A stretch of 64,000 nt of DNA from Octopus sinensis (lineage: Eukaryota), in the NCBI RefSeq assembly GCF_006345805.1, contig NC_042997.1, forward strand, positions 33,418,001 to 33,482,000, read 5' to 3'. A program made the position numbers and the translations under genes. The notes beneath the pieces were generated by a model that saw only the letters and a list, made by a program, of their open reading frames with translations, had not been told where the DNA came from and ran no database searches. Within the stretch, counting starts at the first letter, position 1. Every line of letters begins with the position of its first letter. Below, piece after piece: positions 12,885-25,892 of this stretch.

Positions 12885-13103
12885 CAGGGGCTAAACACAG
12901 AGAGGTTAAACAAGGACAGACAGACAAACGGATTAAGTCGATTATATCGACCCCAGTGCGTAACTGGTACTTATTTAATCGACCCCGAAAGGATGAAAGG
13001 TAAAGTCGACCTCGGCGGAATTTGAACTCAGAACGTAGCGGCAGACGAAATACCGCTAGGAATTTCGCCCGGGGTGCTAACGTTTCTGCCAGCTCGCCGC
13101 CTT
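12885..13103 (-). mobile_element. SINE family B copy
   Basis: Highly similar to 12305-12537, same orientation. Confidence 0.85.
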
Positions 13104-13333
13104 ATATGTATGTTTATATGTATGTATGTATGCATATCTTTCGCTTTGGCATAGTGAGACTAATAACCTGGTGTTGAGCTCATTGTACATATGATCCAAA
13201 ACTCAGAGTTAGGTGAATATAGAGTGATAATAAGAACAACAGGATGACACTAGAAAAAACAAAGGTTATGCAATGAGTTACATTAGCTTACAGCTGTTTC
13301 GACTATAAAATGTGGGGAACTCCTAGGTGAATA

Positions 13334-13727
13334 CCTATTTATTATATAAAATCCGTTCTGTCTGTCTGTGTGTGTGTCTTCTAGGATCTCGGGCATCCTC
13401 CATCCGATTGCGCTCATATTTGATTTGTAGATACCGACGGTATCAGGGCGTGTATAAGTCTTGAAAAAATGGCAAAAATCTATTCCAGGTGAGAATGTGA
13501 TCGATAAAGCTGCGGAACGTGCATTTTTACGCGCAAGTACATCAGCTGTTGCGATCGATACTTCGCGTACACGAGAAAATTCACGTGCAGTTTGCACAAA
13601 AAAAGCCGGCTGACTTGAAATAATGCCACAAAATGGGACAATTGGACAAGTCGTTTTGAGAAAATTTGGTTTAAATGTTTGACAACTCAGCACCGTCCAT
13701 TGAACGGGGGGGGCGTTTTGCTCGTAG
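13334..13727 (+). mobile_element. Degenerate non-autonomous Helitron-like element
   Basis: Start ctatttattatataaaatccgttctgtctgtctgtgtg. End has a ccgt/acgg hairpin followed by gctcgt, possibly a decayed CTAG|T. Confidence 0.45.
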
Positions 13728-13864
13728 ATATATATATATAATTCATAAATGAGGGCAAAGGAAAAAATTGGACATATTGTCCATTAACCATATAATTTTT
13801 TCACAATACGCACGCTACTCGAAAAAAGGTCGACAGAAATTTCTAAAAAATTCCATTATTACCA

Positions 13865-13917
13865 TATCGGACCGATTTCAGAGTTACCTACTAAGAGCCC
13901 TCTCTTCGTCAGTGATA
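13865..13917 (-). ncRNA. Type-I hammerhead ribozyme motif (slightly decayed)
   Basis: Minus strand: TATCA-CTGACGA-AGAG(18 nt)CTCT-GAAA-TCGG-TC-CGATA. Core intact, stem II 4 bp, stem I TATC/GATA with one terminal mismatch. Confidence 0.7.
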
Positions 13918-14159
13918 CATGTGACAAAAGAAATAAATGAGATACTTACTCATACCCATGGAAGAAGCAAACACTAAGTCATGAGCACAACTAAGTACCC
14001 CAAATACATCCAAAATAGAAATACTCCAGCCCATTCGAGACACGTGCGATTTGAACTGAACTTGTCGCAGAGTGAGAGAGTCTGGAAGTGAACGCTTAAA
14101 TTTAAATCTAATGAGGATAAAATTTCCTTCGAAAAAAATTAGATTTAGATTTATATATA

Positions 14160-15294
14160 TCTCTCTCTATATAAACGGCAGTTTGTCTGTCTGTGTGTCT
14201 GTGTGTCTGTCAGGTTGTACCCTCACCCTGACCACGGCTTTCAACCAATTCTGATGAAATTTGACACACACATAGCCCAATGTCATAATTCAAAACTAAC
14301 GCAGCGAAAATTTTGAAAAGTTCCCCCAGTTGTGAAAAAATCGATAAATTCGACATGGGGTTTAGAATCTAAGCTTTTTATATACAACACATTTTCCGTT
14401 GTAGTTTTCGCAACTTGCAATCGATTTTCACCAAACTCATGGTGATGCTTAATGTTACCCTAAGAAACTTAATTTTGACGTTAGTTTTCCATGCAATACC
14501 TTACCATCAGAAAAAAAATCGATAAAATCTTGCCATTTTGGGAAATCGCGTTCAAATTCAAGATGACATATTTTCGACAATATCTTTCACAAATTGGCAG
14601 GAATTTTTTTTAAATTCACAACGAGCATCATGTCTGCTCCAAGGAGCTATATGGCCCATTTTATTCCAATATGATACTTTATTACTGGAAAAAATCGGTT
14701 AATTAAATCATATGTGGCACACATAGCAAACCGATTTGTGTATTAAACACAAACCACAGACTGTCTAGGGGACACAACTCGACCTTTTTAACTCTCGGAA
14801 CACGTTGAGTAAGTATCCCAAAATGTATAAAAATGTACAAAAACGGCAAAAAAGCGGGCAAACTGTGACCAAACTGAACAAACGAATGGAAAAGGTTTTT
14901 TGGTGCACACGACAAAAGCGGTTTATAATATACCAAGAGTTTGCAAGTAGCGTCCGAGGACCCTTAGAGTACGTCAAAAATTTAAGGTAAAACGTTTGGG
15001 GTGGTAGTTATAAAGAAAGTTTAAACAAAAAATGTATTCGAATAACTTGCGGCTGCAGCAGCTATTAGCAGAAGTGGCGGTGTTGGGGGTAAAGTCTCGA
15101 ATGTAATTTCTTCCTGGTAGCAATTGGTTGGGGTGAATTATCGATAGCTGTTTGATAATTATTTGGGAGTGAAGAGAAGACATTGCAACCCACACATGCG
15201 CCTTCGTACCCTAGAGGGAAAGGACTAGATTGGGATTAGTCGTTGCCTACTAGGGGCTCTTACATACCCGGGCAACGCCGGGCTATGCTGCTAG
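14160..15294 (+). mobile_element. Non-autonomous Helitron, long version (1135 bp)
   Basis: A|TC 5' end (tctctctctatataaacggcag), 3' hairpin cccgggcaacgccggg (15267-15282), terminal CTAG|T. Shares both ends with 36418-36784. Confidence 0.8.
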
Positions 15295-15295
15295 T

Positions 15296-15333
<38 letters not shown>

Positions 15334-15536
15334 CTTTACCGGCTGTAGCGAAGATTCAAAGTCTGTGGTGTCAGAATCCTTCTTAAAGATTCGTGCTTTT
15401 TCTTCAAAATCGCTACCTTTCACTATTATTGAATTGATTAATTGCAAGTATTAAAGCAGACTTATAATGTAGACTTACAAAGCAGACCTATAATATCCGT
15501 CGGAAGCTTCAAATTTAAACCATTCGTGTGTGTGTG

Positions 15537-15599
<63 letters not shown>

Positions 15600-15965
15600 T
15601 GTTCGGAGAAACTTTAGCTGCTCAAATATCAAGAATTGAAAAATTCTCGTTATCAGTGAGAATGCCTATTATCTAATCAATAATTATATATCTAATTTCT
15701 ACAATGAGATGAAGCAGACACAAAGCATTTACACAACTTTGAATAAGACAAAAAGACGAAACGTTTATACATTTTCTGTGAATTGAAGTAAAACTATTTC
15801 TAGTCTTTCAAAAACTTCCTCGTCTCACAAACAACAATAACAGACAAACAAACTCCTTGTTGTTAAGGAAACATTTCATACAGCAACGAAATAATAATAA
15901 GTAGAAGAAGAAGAACAACAACAACAACAATAATATTGATAATGATGATAATAATAATAATAATA

Positions 15966-16000
<35 letters not shown>

Positions 16001-16029
16001 TAATAATAATAATTTTGGCACGAGGCGAG

Positions 16030-16181
16030 CAGATTTGGTGTTGGTTGGTATTTATTTTATCAACTTCTAAAGGATGAAAGGCAAAGTCAACCTCGGTGGA
16101 ATTTGAACTCAGAGCGTAAAGACGGACGAAATGCTGCTAAGCATTTTGCCCGGCATTCTAACGATTCTGCCGCTCGCCGCC

Positions 16182-16183
<2 letters not shown>
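16030..16183 (-). mobile_element. SINE family B, 5' half
   Basis: aaaggatgaaaggcaaagtcaacctcggtggaatttgaactcagagcg...cgctcgccgcc. Confidence 0.75.
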
Positions 16184-16224
<41 letters not shown>

Positions 16225-16447
16225 TGATGATTCATTTATTTGCCACAAGGGTGAAGGGCGATGGGTACAACACAACGACAGACACAAGGTGTGGAGTTTT
16301 GCATATAATGAAATGATTAAAAAAGGAAAGAAAGCATACACGGTATACACTGAAAAAGATGGAACATATGCATAGCATACAAAGGTTTAAAACATATATA
16401 TAATAATAAAATCCTACAGTATCTTAAGTTCCTCGTTCTCGGTGACA

Positions 16448-16485
<38 letters not shown>

Positions 16486-16865
16486 TAATAATTAATAATA
16501 ATAATAATAAAATAATAACAACACTAACAACAGTAACTGTTTCCAATTTAGGTACAAGGCCATCAGTTTTTAGGGGAGGAGTCACTCGAGAGAGAGAAAG
16601 GGAGAGAGGGGGAGAAAGAGAAGGGGGAGAGGGGGAGAAAGAGAAGGTGGAGAGAGTTACAGAGTATATATATATATATATAATTAATATAAACAGTACT
16701 TTGCAATATTTCACCAAATGTCACTAAATGCGAGTAGGGTGTTAAGAAACGCCTACTTTGCTAGAAATAAGAGCTAAACCGCTCTAATGCTGTAGTTAAT
16801 GCACATGAATGAAAGCATGCACTAACAGGGACCATAATCGTCCGAAAAGTGCCAACCAAGAATTT

Positions 16866-16914
16866 TTAATACTGATGCGTCAGTTTCGGCATATTCCGTT
16901 GCCTCATCAGTTAA
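16866..16914 (-). ncRNA. Type-I hammerhead ribozyme with a fully canonical core
   Basis: Minus strand: TTAA-CTGATGA-GGCA(ACGGAATA)TGCC-GAAA-CTGA(CGCA)TCAG-TA-TTAA. All conserved core nucleotides and three stems present; predicted cleavage after GUA (between 16870 and 16869). Confidence 0.85.
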
Positions 16915-18113
16915 GATAGCTCGACTTCGGCTCTTTCTGTACTCGCTTCGCCATTAGTATATACACACAAATACCTCCACACACACACACATACACACAT
17001 ATATACACACAAGTGCAAACATATAATTAGATATACATACTTACATACATACACATACAGTTGTATAGATATGTGTATACATTTATATACATATACACAT
17101 ACATAGACGCACACACAAACACACTTATGTATGTATGGTAAATAATGACAAAGAGTTGAAAATGCGCTAAATATTATTTACATTAATTTAAAGTAGACGA
17201 GATGAAAATAACTTCACAGTTAAAAATCATGAAGTGAAAATGCTTTTTCAGTAATAGATTCCCTGGAAAAGAAAGTTATATTTTTAACTTTGAGAATCAT
17301 ATATTTTTTTTAACTTTTACAGAGAAAGATATCTTTTTAGAAAATAAAATGTATCTTTTTTCATACAAAAAAGGTAATATAATAAATCTTATATATTAAT
17401 TTACAGTAGCAAAAGTACTGTTTGATAAAAGTATTCATTTTTTTTTTTTTTACAGGAAAAGAAAACCATATTTTTTCTATACGGTTCTCCGTCTTTTGAT
17501 CTTATGAAAGAATAGATTTCGCGCTCAGAGTACTAACGTATACATTTTTGTTTAGTTTAACCCGTCTTTCTGGCTTTATGTTTATTTCGCACTCAGTGAT
17601 GTCACTTATGTCCTTTTCATAAAAAGGGTCACAACTGGTAGCTCTGTGGTCAATATCGTGGTGTGGTTGTTTTTATGAGAAGGGACACTCGGTAACGTAT
17701 AATGCAGTTAATTTTCGTTGTTTTTTTTGTTGTTATTTCTAAGTGATCACCACAAAGCATGAATCCACAAACACTTTTGACTTTACAAGAATGAAGGACA
17801 ACTTAGAATAATGAGACTAATGTGTATTCTCATCAGCAGCAGCCAAACCGATAGCACTATGGTTTCGACAACTAGGCAATACTAATGAATCCAGTGGTGT
17901 CAACAAGCGTTAAAGAATATAAAAGTTGCCTCGGAATCCACCAGCTTATTACTACAAGTAACAATATCAAAGTAAATAAATAGTGATAACTTATAGCGAC
18001 AAAACAGTACTTATATATATAATTAATAACTACAAAATTACTAAATTATTCATTATAATTAAAGGGACAACGAGTTCGTTACTTGGGAACAACTCAATTT
18101 ACCCTTAATTATA

Positions 18114-18175
<62 letters not shown>

Positions 18176-18397
18176 TTCAAATCGACATATACACTTACAT
18201 ACGAGAATACAACTAAGGAAAAGTATCGAAATAATACTACATATAACGAAACCTCATATGCTGCAGAGAGTTTAACGGAAACCATACGCCTTAACCCTAC
18301 GCTGCGAAAACAGCGAAAGAAGGATTTTTTGTCAACAGGCAGACGTCAATTCTAGCAAACCAAAGGAAGTGATGTTGTACGCTATAGTGAATGACAA

Positions 18398-18624
18398 TCG
18401 AAGGAGAGGAGCTTTCTCCGTCCGGGTTGCGGATCCGTGGAACAAGCTGCCAGACGAGATGGTGATGATGCCGACGACCGCTTTGTTCAAAGTCTCCCTT
18501 GACCTCAAGTGGCCTGAACTCTTTACATGAACACCATCCTGTACTTAACTCCATGTCCCCCTACATGGCCTTGCTATTTGCTTTTGAGCCAAATTAACTA
18601 ACTAACTAACTAACTAACAACTAT
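18398..18624 (+). mobile_element. CR1-like LINE 3' fragment with (ACTA)n tail and a long diverged TSD
   Basis: RRGAFSVRVADPWNKLPDEMV...FKVSLDLKW* is a typical CR1 ORF2 end. Tail (ctaa)n. 37-bp direct repeat at 18361-18397 and 18626-18662. Confidence 0.75.
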
Positions 18625-18930
18625 CCAGAGGAAGTGACGTTGTACTCAACAGTGAACGACAACAAACCCCACCAAAACTTCTAAACAGTGATTTAACTTT
18701 ACCTAGGTAAAACATTTAACCAACCGTTTGCTACTCTAACCCTGTTTTTCCATATGCGTCTTTAATATATCAACCCCATCCAAAAACATTCCAACTTTAT
18801 GTATAATTCTACCACACCTAATGACCTGACTGGAAAATACATTATAACCCATCCAAAGCAGGATTCTACTAACCACCCAAGGCAACGATGCAATGCAGAA
18901 ATTAAAACTATCAGTCTTATTATAAATATA

Positions 18931-19320
18931 GGCGTAGGCGTGACTGTGTGACCCACTGCATGATACCTTGCACAAGTATTTTCTACTATAGCTTCGGGTC
19001 GATCAGAGCCTTATGAGTAGGTTTAGTACACGGAAACTGAAAGAAGCCCGTCGTGTGTGCATGTGCGTGCGCGCGCGCATGTGTGTGTATGTGTGTGTAT
19101 GTGTGTGTGTCTTAGTCTTTATCCGCTCCTACTACTTGACAACTGTTGCTGATGTGTTTATGTCCCCGTTACTTAGCAGTTCGGCAATAGTGAATGTTAG
19201 AATAAGTACCAGGCTTCAATAAAAAGTACTGGAGTTAAGTCATCCGAATAGAAATTCTTGAAGGCGATTCTCCAGCATGGCTGCAGTCTAATGACTGAAA
19301 CAATTAAAAGATAATAGATA
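18931..19320 (+). mobile_element. SINE family A, degenerate with deleted head
   Basis: acggaaactgaaagaagcccgtc, cccgttacttagcagttcggc and the family-A tail. Confidence 0.7.
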
Positions 19321-19679
19321 AAAAAAACTCGTCTCGACAAGCTATTCGAACAAACTATTCTCGAATAAACTATTCTCACATCGAAACAGATCACTTCTTT
19401 TTACAATGACACCACTTCTGTTTACCCCGACATCCACAGGATATATATTTTCCGAGCAAATATTCAATATTTGGAATAAAAATATAATCGATATATCTGC
19501 AGCATTCACTGGGTTGCTTCACCATACCCATCTTTTTCCTTCGGTTTGGTCCCACGCCATTTCGAAGCAGGTATTTCTCTCGCCGAACAGTCTTCCAACT
19601 ATTGATTTCCTGTCGAAACTTTTTCATGAGTAAAATCAAAGTTACGATGGTAAGTTTTCTTTTGAAGCTAAATAAATTC

Positions 19680-19921
19680 TTTTACTTGCTTCGGTCATTT
19701 AACTGCGGTCATGCTGCAACACCACGTTGAAGGGTTTTAGTCGAATAAATCGACCCAAGACTTATTTTGTAAAGCCTAGTATTTATTCTTTTGGGGCTTT
19801 TTGCCGAACCGCTAAGTTACGGAGAACTAAACACACTAACACCGGTTGTCAAGCGGTGATGGGGGACAAACACCGACACAAAGACACACACACACAAACA
19901 CACACATACATGCATGCATAC

Positions 19922-19989
<68 letters not shown>

Positions 19990-20151
19990 CGAAATACTTC
20001 TTACAGTTTCCGTTAACCAAATCCACTCCTTTGGCTTGGTCAGTCCGAGGCTATAGTAGATGGCACTAACCCAATGTGCCACGCAGTGTTACTGAACCTG
20101 GAACCATGTAGTTGGAAAGCAAGCTTCTTGTCACGTAGCCACGCCTACGCC
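19680..20151 (-). mobile_element. SINE family A copy
   Basis: Reverse complement of the 11601-type element, including the internal (TG)n. Confidence 0.8.
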
Positions 20152-21949
20152 GAAATGTTTAATAATAATTAATCACTATTGAAATATTAATAAAGTTTGA
20201 ACCATTTCAAATTATTTCGGTTTGCAAGATTCTTGATGTGAAATCGAGTATTGAAATAGATTTTGTTGTGTCTTAGGGGAGAAATTATGGTCATGATACA
20301 CACACGCACTGGTTATTTTTTTTTTTAGTATTAGTCAACTAGTCAACCATCTAACCATTTTACTGATAGATTGAGTGGTTAATCATTCGCTCAAATACGC
20401 AATAAATCAGCGAGATTCGTCTAAGTACTTTCGTCGCCATTTGTATCTTCATCAATTGCATGTCTTCTCTGTTCCAAGTCTCTCTGTCTCTGCAGAGTTA
20501 ACCAAACAATCGATTAGTTAATTGAACCAGTGGCAAACTAGTTAATTAATGATGGTGAAACATTAGTGCTTATGTTTATTATCGGCACAATGGTTATCCC
20601 AAGATACAACAAAATTTCAAATCCTATTTTTAAAAATCTTTATCTGCTAATTACATCATAAAAGACTAAAAATTTAATATCATCTCTTCTTTCAGGTGCA
20701 GAGAATCTAATTTGTCATTAATTTTTTAAGATGGTAAAGTGTGTTATTTGAGGGAGATCTGGCTGCTGTTTCTAAGGGATCAAGTAACTACGAGGCTGTA
20801 ATTGGCATTTATTCTCGGTGTTGTTATTCTTGGCTGTGGCGGAACTGGTTGAGGTGATGGTGGTGATAGTGGTGTTGTTTAAACCAAGGACATTTTTGAT
20901 TGATCAGAGCTATGGATAAGAGTGTTCCAGCCATGATCATCCCGTCTCTTATTCAGACAGAACAGCACTGTACTGGTAAGTCTGCTTAGTCACAACTGGT
21001 CTGAGGCTACATAAATGTCAAGATTGAATCAGGTTAAACAACAACTGCAACAGCAGCAGCAGCAACAACAAATGCCGTGCACCCACGAGGAAAACTTATG
21101 CTTCGACGCATTTTAAATTGTCAAAACTTGTATGTGCGGCTTCCGCGATAAGATTGGGTTTCAGAGCCATTTTCTCTAAAACAGCTTTAACATCCTACCA
21201 CCCAGATTTGAAAGTATTAACAGCAAATATGAAGATTCATAAAAAACCCATTAACGAGCAGAGATTAATTTAATCTACTTTAGCGAGTAATACTACGTAG
21301 TAAAACTTCGTAGTTGTATATTTTCCTAATTATAAATCTATAAATTTATACACTGCAGCTCTTGAACGTAAAAGGTGTATCGTCTGTAGCTCTTCTGATC
21401 TAACAACTTAGCCATCCCTGCTATAGTCTCTTAGACTGCTAGAGATAATAGCCAAATCTTCCTGAAATTACGTCTTACCATTTTTATTACAAAGGAATGA
21501 TGTAGTCTCTTATTGTTTAAAATGACGGCAACCTCGTTGAATTGTTAAAACTGAACTACGATGATTGGCATTTCACTTGCGGTATTTCTCTCACATTTTT
21601 ATATTATTATTCAGTAATAGTGTTCTCCGATTCAATATCTCTTGTGGTAAGATGTGATTTGGAGAAGATTTGGCTACTATTGCTATCAAATTGGGTGGAT
21701 TATAGTTTTTTAAGTAACAGATTTTATCTGTGGTCCGTTTAACACCACCACCTGAGTCTCATTATCGCCAGCATTCAGACAAGCGGCCTGGTCTTGAGTC
21801 TGACTGCTTGATAATTTAATATTTTGATGCATTGCTTTCTACTGTACGAACCAATGTATCGTGATTTCTTCTTCCTTTTGGTCCACCAGACTTTGAGGTC
21901 GTGTAAAATGGTCATAAGCGCTGAGCTTCCTCCTGCAAATGAGCCATGT

Positions 21950-22500
21950 AAAAATCTCTTCTCTCGTTAACAATCAGTCGCATATATTAGAAAACATTTT
22001 CTTACGCATTTTTCTAAATGATTCTTTAATAGAATCTGACGAACATTAGGATCCCTAATTTGTTGCCGGTGAACTTACGTGTACTCAGATAATGTGTTTC
22101 CAGTCTGGCCAATATATATTTCTTCAAAATCCGAGTATTTGATGCGCCAGATCAGATTTCTGATTTTACAGTTCATATTTGCATTTGAAAATATTCTTTC
22201 TAGTTTCGAGTTGCTATACTGACCGGTATACAAGGAATGACATGTACTACGCGAATTGTCGTTACATTTGGATGCCATGGACATTTAATCGTTGTTGTTT
22301 AGATCAAACTTTGCCGACAATTGCTTCAAGTTGCCTTTTACTTTGAACAATTGTTTGTTCAATAATTAAATCTCTTAGTTGATTACTTTGATGACAATCA
22401 CTATAAAAGAATGACATTCTGGTTAACTGTTTCTCTTTTTTGGCTTGCTCTGAGTTATTCTACAGGTATTTCTGTTGTCTCAGTTATCAAATTGTGGCGT
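21950..22500 (-). mobile_element. Penelope-like element remnant (linker plus C-terminal GIY-YIG endonuclease)
   Basis: IPVE*LRA...VI, then MNCKIRNLIWRIKYSDFEEIYIGQTGNTLSE...VHRQQIRDPNVRQI..NHLEKC. Many stops and frameshifts. Confidence 0.7.
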
Positions 22501-23733
22501 GTAAGCCGCACACTGATTGACTAAAATACTTCATCCTGTTGGGGTGTTTTCAAAGGTATTTGAACAGAAAATTCAGTCATTCCACTACAGTTTCCAATTG
22601 TGAAGCACAATACCTGCTTGTTAATGCTGCAACATACCTGAAGATTGTTATAAAACATAAAAGTACTTGTATTTTTGTAAAATATAATATAGCAAAATTG
22701 TAAAAATACAAAAATAAAGTATGAAAATCGGACTATAATGGAATTTGTTTGTCTGATCTATCTATTTATTTGTACACAATTTTACATACTTTGAATTATA
22801 TATTTCTATTGTATGCACGCCAACATATCTGGAAAGCAATGAATAGAATCACAGCAACAGAAAGAATTCTAAGTGAAATATCAGCCAAATTATCAACATT
22901 TATCTCGCTGATGGACACACAACCATTTATTTTAGATAAAATGGAAAAACATTCCACAAGCAGAAAGCATGTAAAAGAATATCTGAATTCAGAAATTAAG
23001 AATTTATCTAAAATTGTATCAATAATAGAAAACTCACAGCAGAACGTTTACTGCAATCAACTTGGAAGTGGGAATTTAATGAAACAGATTTAGAAAAAGA
23101 AGCAAATCTAAAAAAGAAAATAGACGTGGATGGCATGAAAAAAGTATTGCAATATACGAAAACAAGATTTTAGCATACAAATGTGAAAAATAAGCTCAAA
23201 TATATTCAATTGGAATATATTAGCTGTATCAATACTTCTTCTGAAGCACCTAGTGTAGCGTAGTAGAATGGAACTCGGAATCATGTGGCTGTGAAACGAA
23301 CTTCTAAGCCACATAATGATAGTGCAGTTGTTAGATTTTTTGAATAGTTACCCTATTTGTAGACCTGTTATCCGTCAATGATCTTTGATAGTGGAGAAGT
23401 ACAAGTAACACTGCAGATACTACTACTCCTTCTACTACTACTACTACTATCATCTGATGACGTAGTGGCTACAACTGCTTGGAATACATACGTCAGAAGT
23501 AAATGCATAAGTACTTCAGTAAAATTTTTGTTGTATTTATTGGGCCTCTCTTTGTAATCTACTTCATCCTTTGACTGACAGAGGAAATATCTTTGAGAGT
23601 CTTCAAATGATTACCACCGATTATATAAGCATAGAAATTTGAATTCGATAGCAGAAACATTTTTTCCTGATTTACAAAACGAATTTATCAATAAAAAAGT
23701 ATCAACGCCGGTGGTAGGTTTAGCTCTAAGGTA

Positions 23734-24122
23734 GGTAGGAGCACTCCGTCGGTTACGACGACGACGAGGGTTCCGGTTGATCCGATCAACGGAACAGCCT
23801 GCTCGTGAAATTAACGTGTAAGTGGCTGAGCACTCCACAGACACGTGCACCCTTAACGTAGTTCTCGGGGATATTCAGCGTGACACAGAGTGTGACAAGG
23901 CCGGCCCTTTGAAATACAGGTACAACAGAAACAGGAAGTAAGAGTGAGAGAAAGTTGTGGTGAAAGAGTACAGCAGGGATCACCACCATCCCTGCCGGAG
24001 CCTCGTGGAGCTTTTTAGGTGTTTTCGCTCAATAAACACTCACAATGCCCGGTCTGGGAATCGAAACCGCGATCCTACGACCGCGAGTCCGCTGCCCTAA
24101 CCACTGGGCCATTGCGCCTCCA
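23734..24122 (-). mobile_element. tRNA-derived SINE family C with 10-bp TSD
   Basis: Head gaggcgcaatggcccagtggttagggcagcggactcgcggtcg..ggtttcgattccc. TSD ctctaaggta at 23724-23733 and 24123-24132. Confidence 0.9.
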
Positions 24123-24569
24123 CTCTAAGGTAATAAATGTAACATACAAATAATTGAAAATGCTTTCTAATCTAAGCACAAATTCTCTATCTGGAGATAC
24201 GGACCTAACCAGACTCTAAGCAATTTAACTGGTCCCTCCGTCCAACATATATATATATATGTGTGGTAATTACCATTTGCTAATTGAAATATATTCCCTA
24301 AAGGCAGAGATAATTTTAATTAATCAAGCATTTATGCTACGATTCCCGACATAGCAATAAACAGTGATTTCTACACAGGGATACAAACGCACGCACGTAC
24401 ATACACGCACATGCACGTACATACACAGGCACGCACGTACGTATATACACGTGAACGTACATACACGAACGCACTCGCATGCACAGGCACACACACGCGC
24501 GTCCACACACACACACACGCACACACAGATCTTTGTATAACTGATACAATAGAGGCAGTACTTATTTCT

Positions 24570-24954
24570 GTGGAGGCGCAATGGCGCAATGGGCGCAATG
24601 GGCAGCGGACTCGCGGTCGTAGAATCGCGGTTTCGATTCCCAGACCGGGCGTTGTGAGTGTTTATTGAGCGAAAACACCTAAAGCTCCACGAGGCTCCGG
24701 CAGGGATGGTGGTGATCCCTGCTGTACTCTTTCGCCACAACTTTCTCTCACGCTTACTTCCTGTTTCTGTTGTACCTGTATTTCAAAGGGCCGGCCTTGT
24801 CACTCTCTGTGTCACGCTGATTATCCCCGAGAACTACGTTAAGGGTGCACGTGTCTGTGGAGTGCTCAGCCACTTACACGTTAATTTCACGAGCAGGCTG
24901 TTCCGTTGATCGGATCAACCGGAACCCTCATCGTCGTAGCCGACGGAGTGCTTC
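24570..24954 (+). mobile_element. SINE family C with 14-bp TSD
   Basis: TSD cagtacttatttct at 24556-24569 and 24955-24968. The A-box region is replaced by a ggcgcaatg triplication. Confidence 0.9.
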
Positions 24955-25639
24955 CAGTACTTATTTCTATTACTTCCTTACTTATATAGTCATATTATTT
25001 ATATTATTATCGCTCTTCAAACTTGCATTCATTCACATTCCTATCAAGTAAGTTATTATTACCACATTATATTGTTGTATTATTCTATTATTATATTATT
25101 ATATATTTATCTCACAATTTACTCTACCATATTATAATACTATCATCACGTGTAATTACTTTACTCTTTCAGTTCTCTCATTATATGTTTCAATTTTCGA
25201 CATGGAATATCGCGAATGAAATATTCAATTTTGGGGGTATTTATTAAATACTTTTGGAAACTTTATGCATTGTGTTTCTATGAGATATGCAGTTAATTGT
25301 ATTCTAAACTATACTGGATATCTAGATATGTAAATAATGTTAATAAAATCAGATATCACGCTTCACAAAACTGTCGGTCAAAATGGAAACACTATACTAA
25401 TTATCACACACACACATGAAACTATTGCCTCCACTAGCAAGTTACAAACGACCTAATAGCTTGTACTATGCTTTCGTTAAATGTTTTAATACCTATTTAA
25501 TTTCGAGGAGGGATACGTAGCGTCTCAACCTTCCCGCCCTAGAGCCAGTGGAGCATTAACATCAAATATATGACAGCTGGAAGGGGAGAGAAAGAGAGAA
25601 AGAGAGAGAGAGGGGGAATTGAGGGAACTTTACCAACAT

Positions 25640-25780
25640 TATGATGGTACTTATTTTCAAGAGTAGACTGGTGCAACGTGAAAAGAAGTTTCTTGCTCAA
25701 GAAATCAATGCGCCGCTCCGATCAGGATTTGATCTCTCGTCTGTGTGGTCGTGAGCCCAATACCTAAATACTACGCAAAA
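25640..25780 (-). mobile_element. Old CORE-type SINE 5' fragment
   Basis: gtgcaacgtgaaaagaagtttcttgctcaagaaatcaatgcg...ggatttgatctc...cccaatacctaaatactacgc. Confidence 0.45.
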
Positions 25781-25892
25781 CGTGTGTGTGCATATGTATA
25801 AATATGTGGGTACATTTTGTGTATGTGTGTGTGTGTGTGTGTGTGTGTATGTATACGTATATGTCAGATAATTTCTATAAGCGATGAAAGTA

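Noticed and set aside
17780-17870. Possible type-II hammerhead on the minus strand (GAAACC...GGTT...CTGATGA)
   Set aside because: Stems I and II pair poorly; not distinguishable from chance.
22749-23093. 114-aa ORF in AT-rich unique sequence
   Set aside because: No recognisable motif or splice context, and it uses a non-ATG start in the track.
23445-23510. CTGATGA with a downstream gtc
   Set aside because: No GAAA, and stem I is absent.
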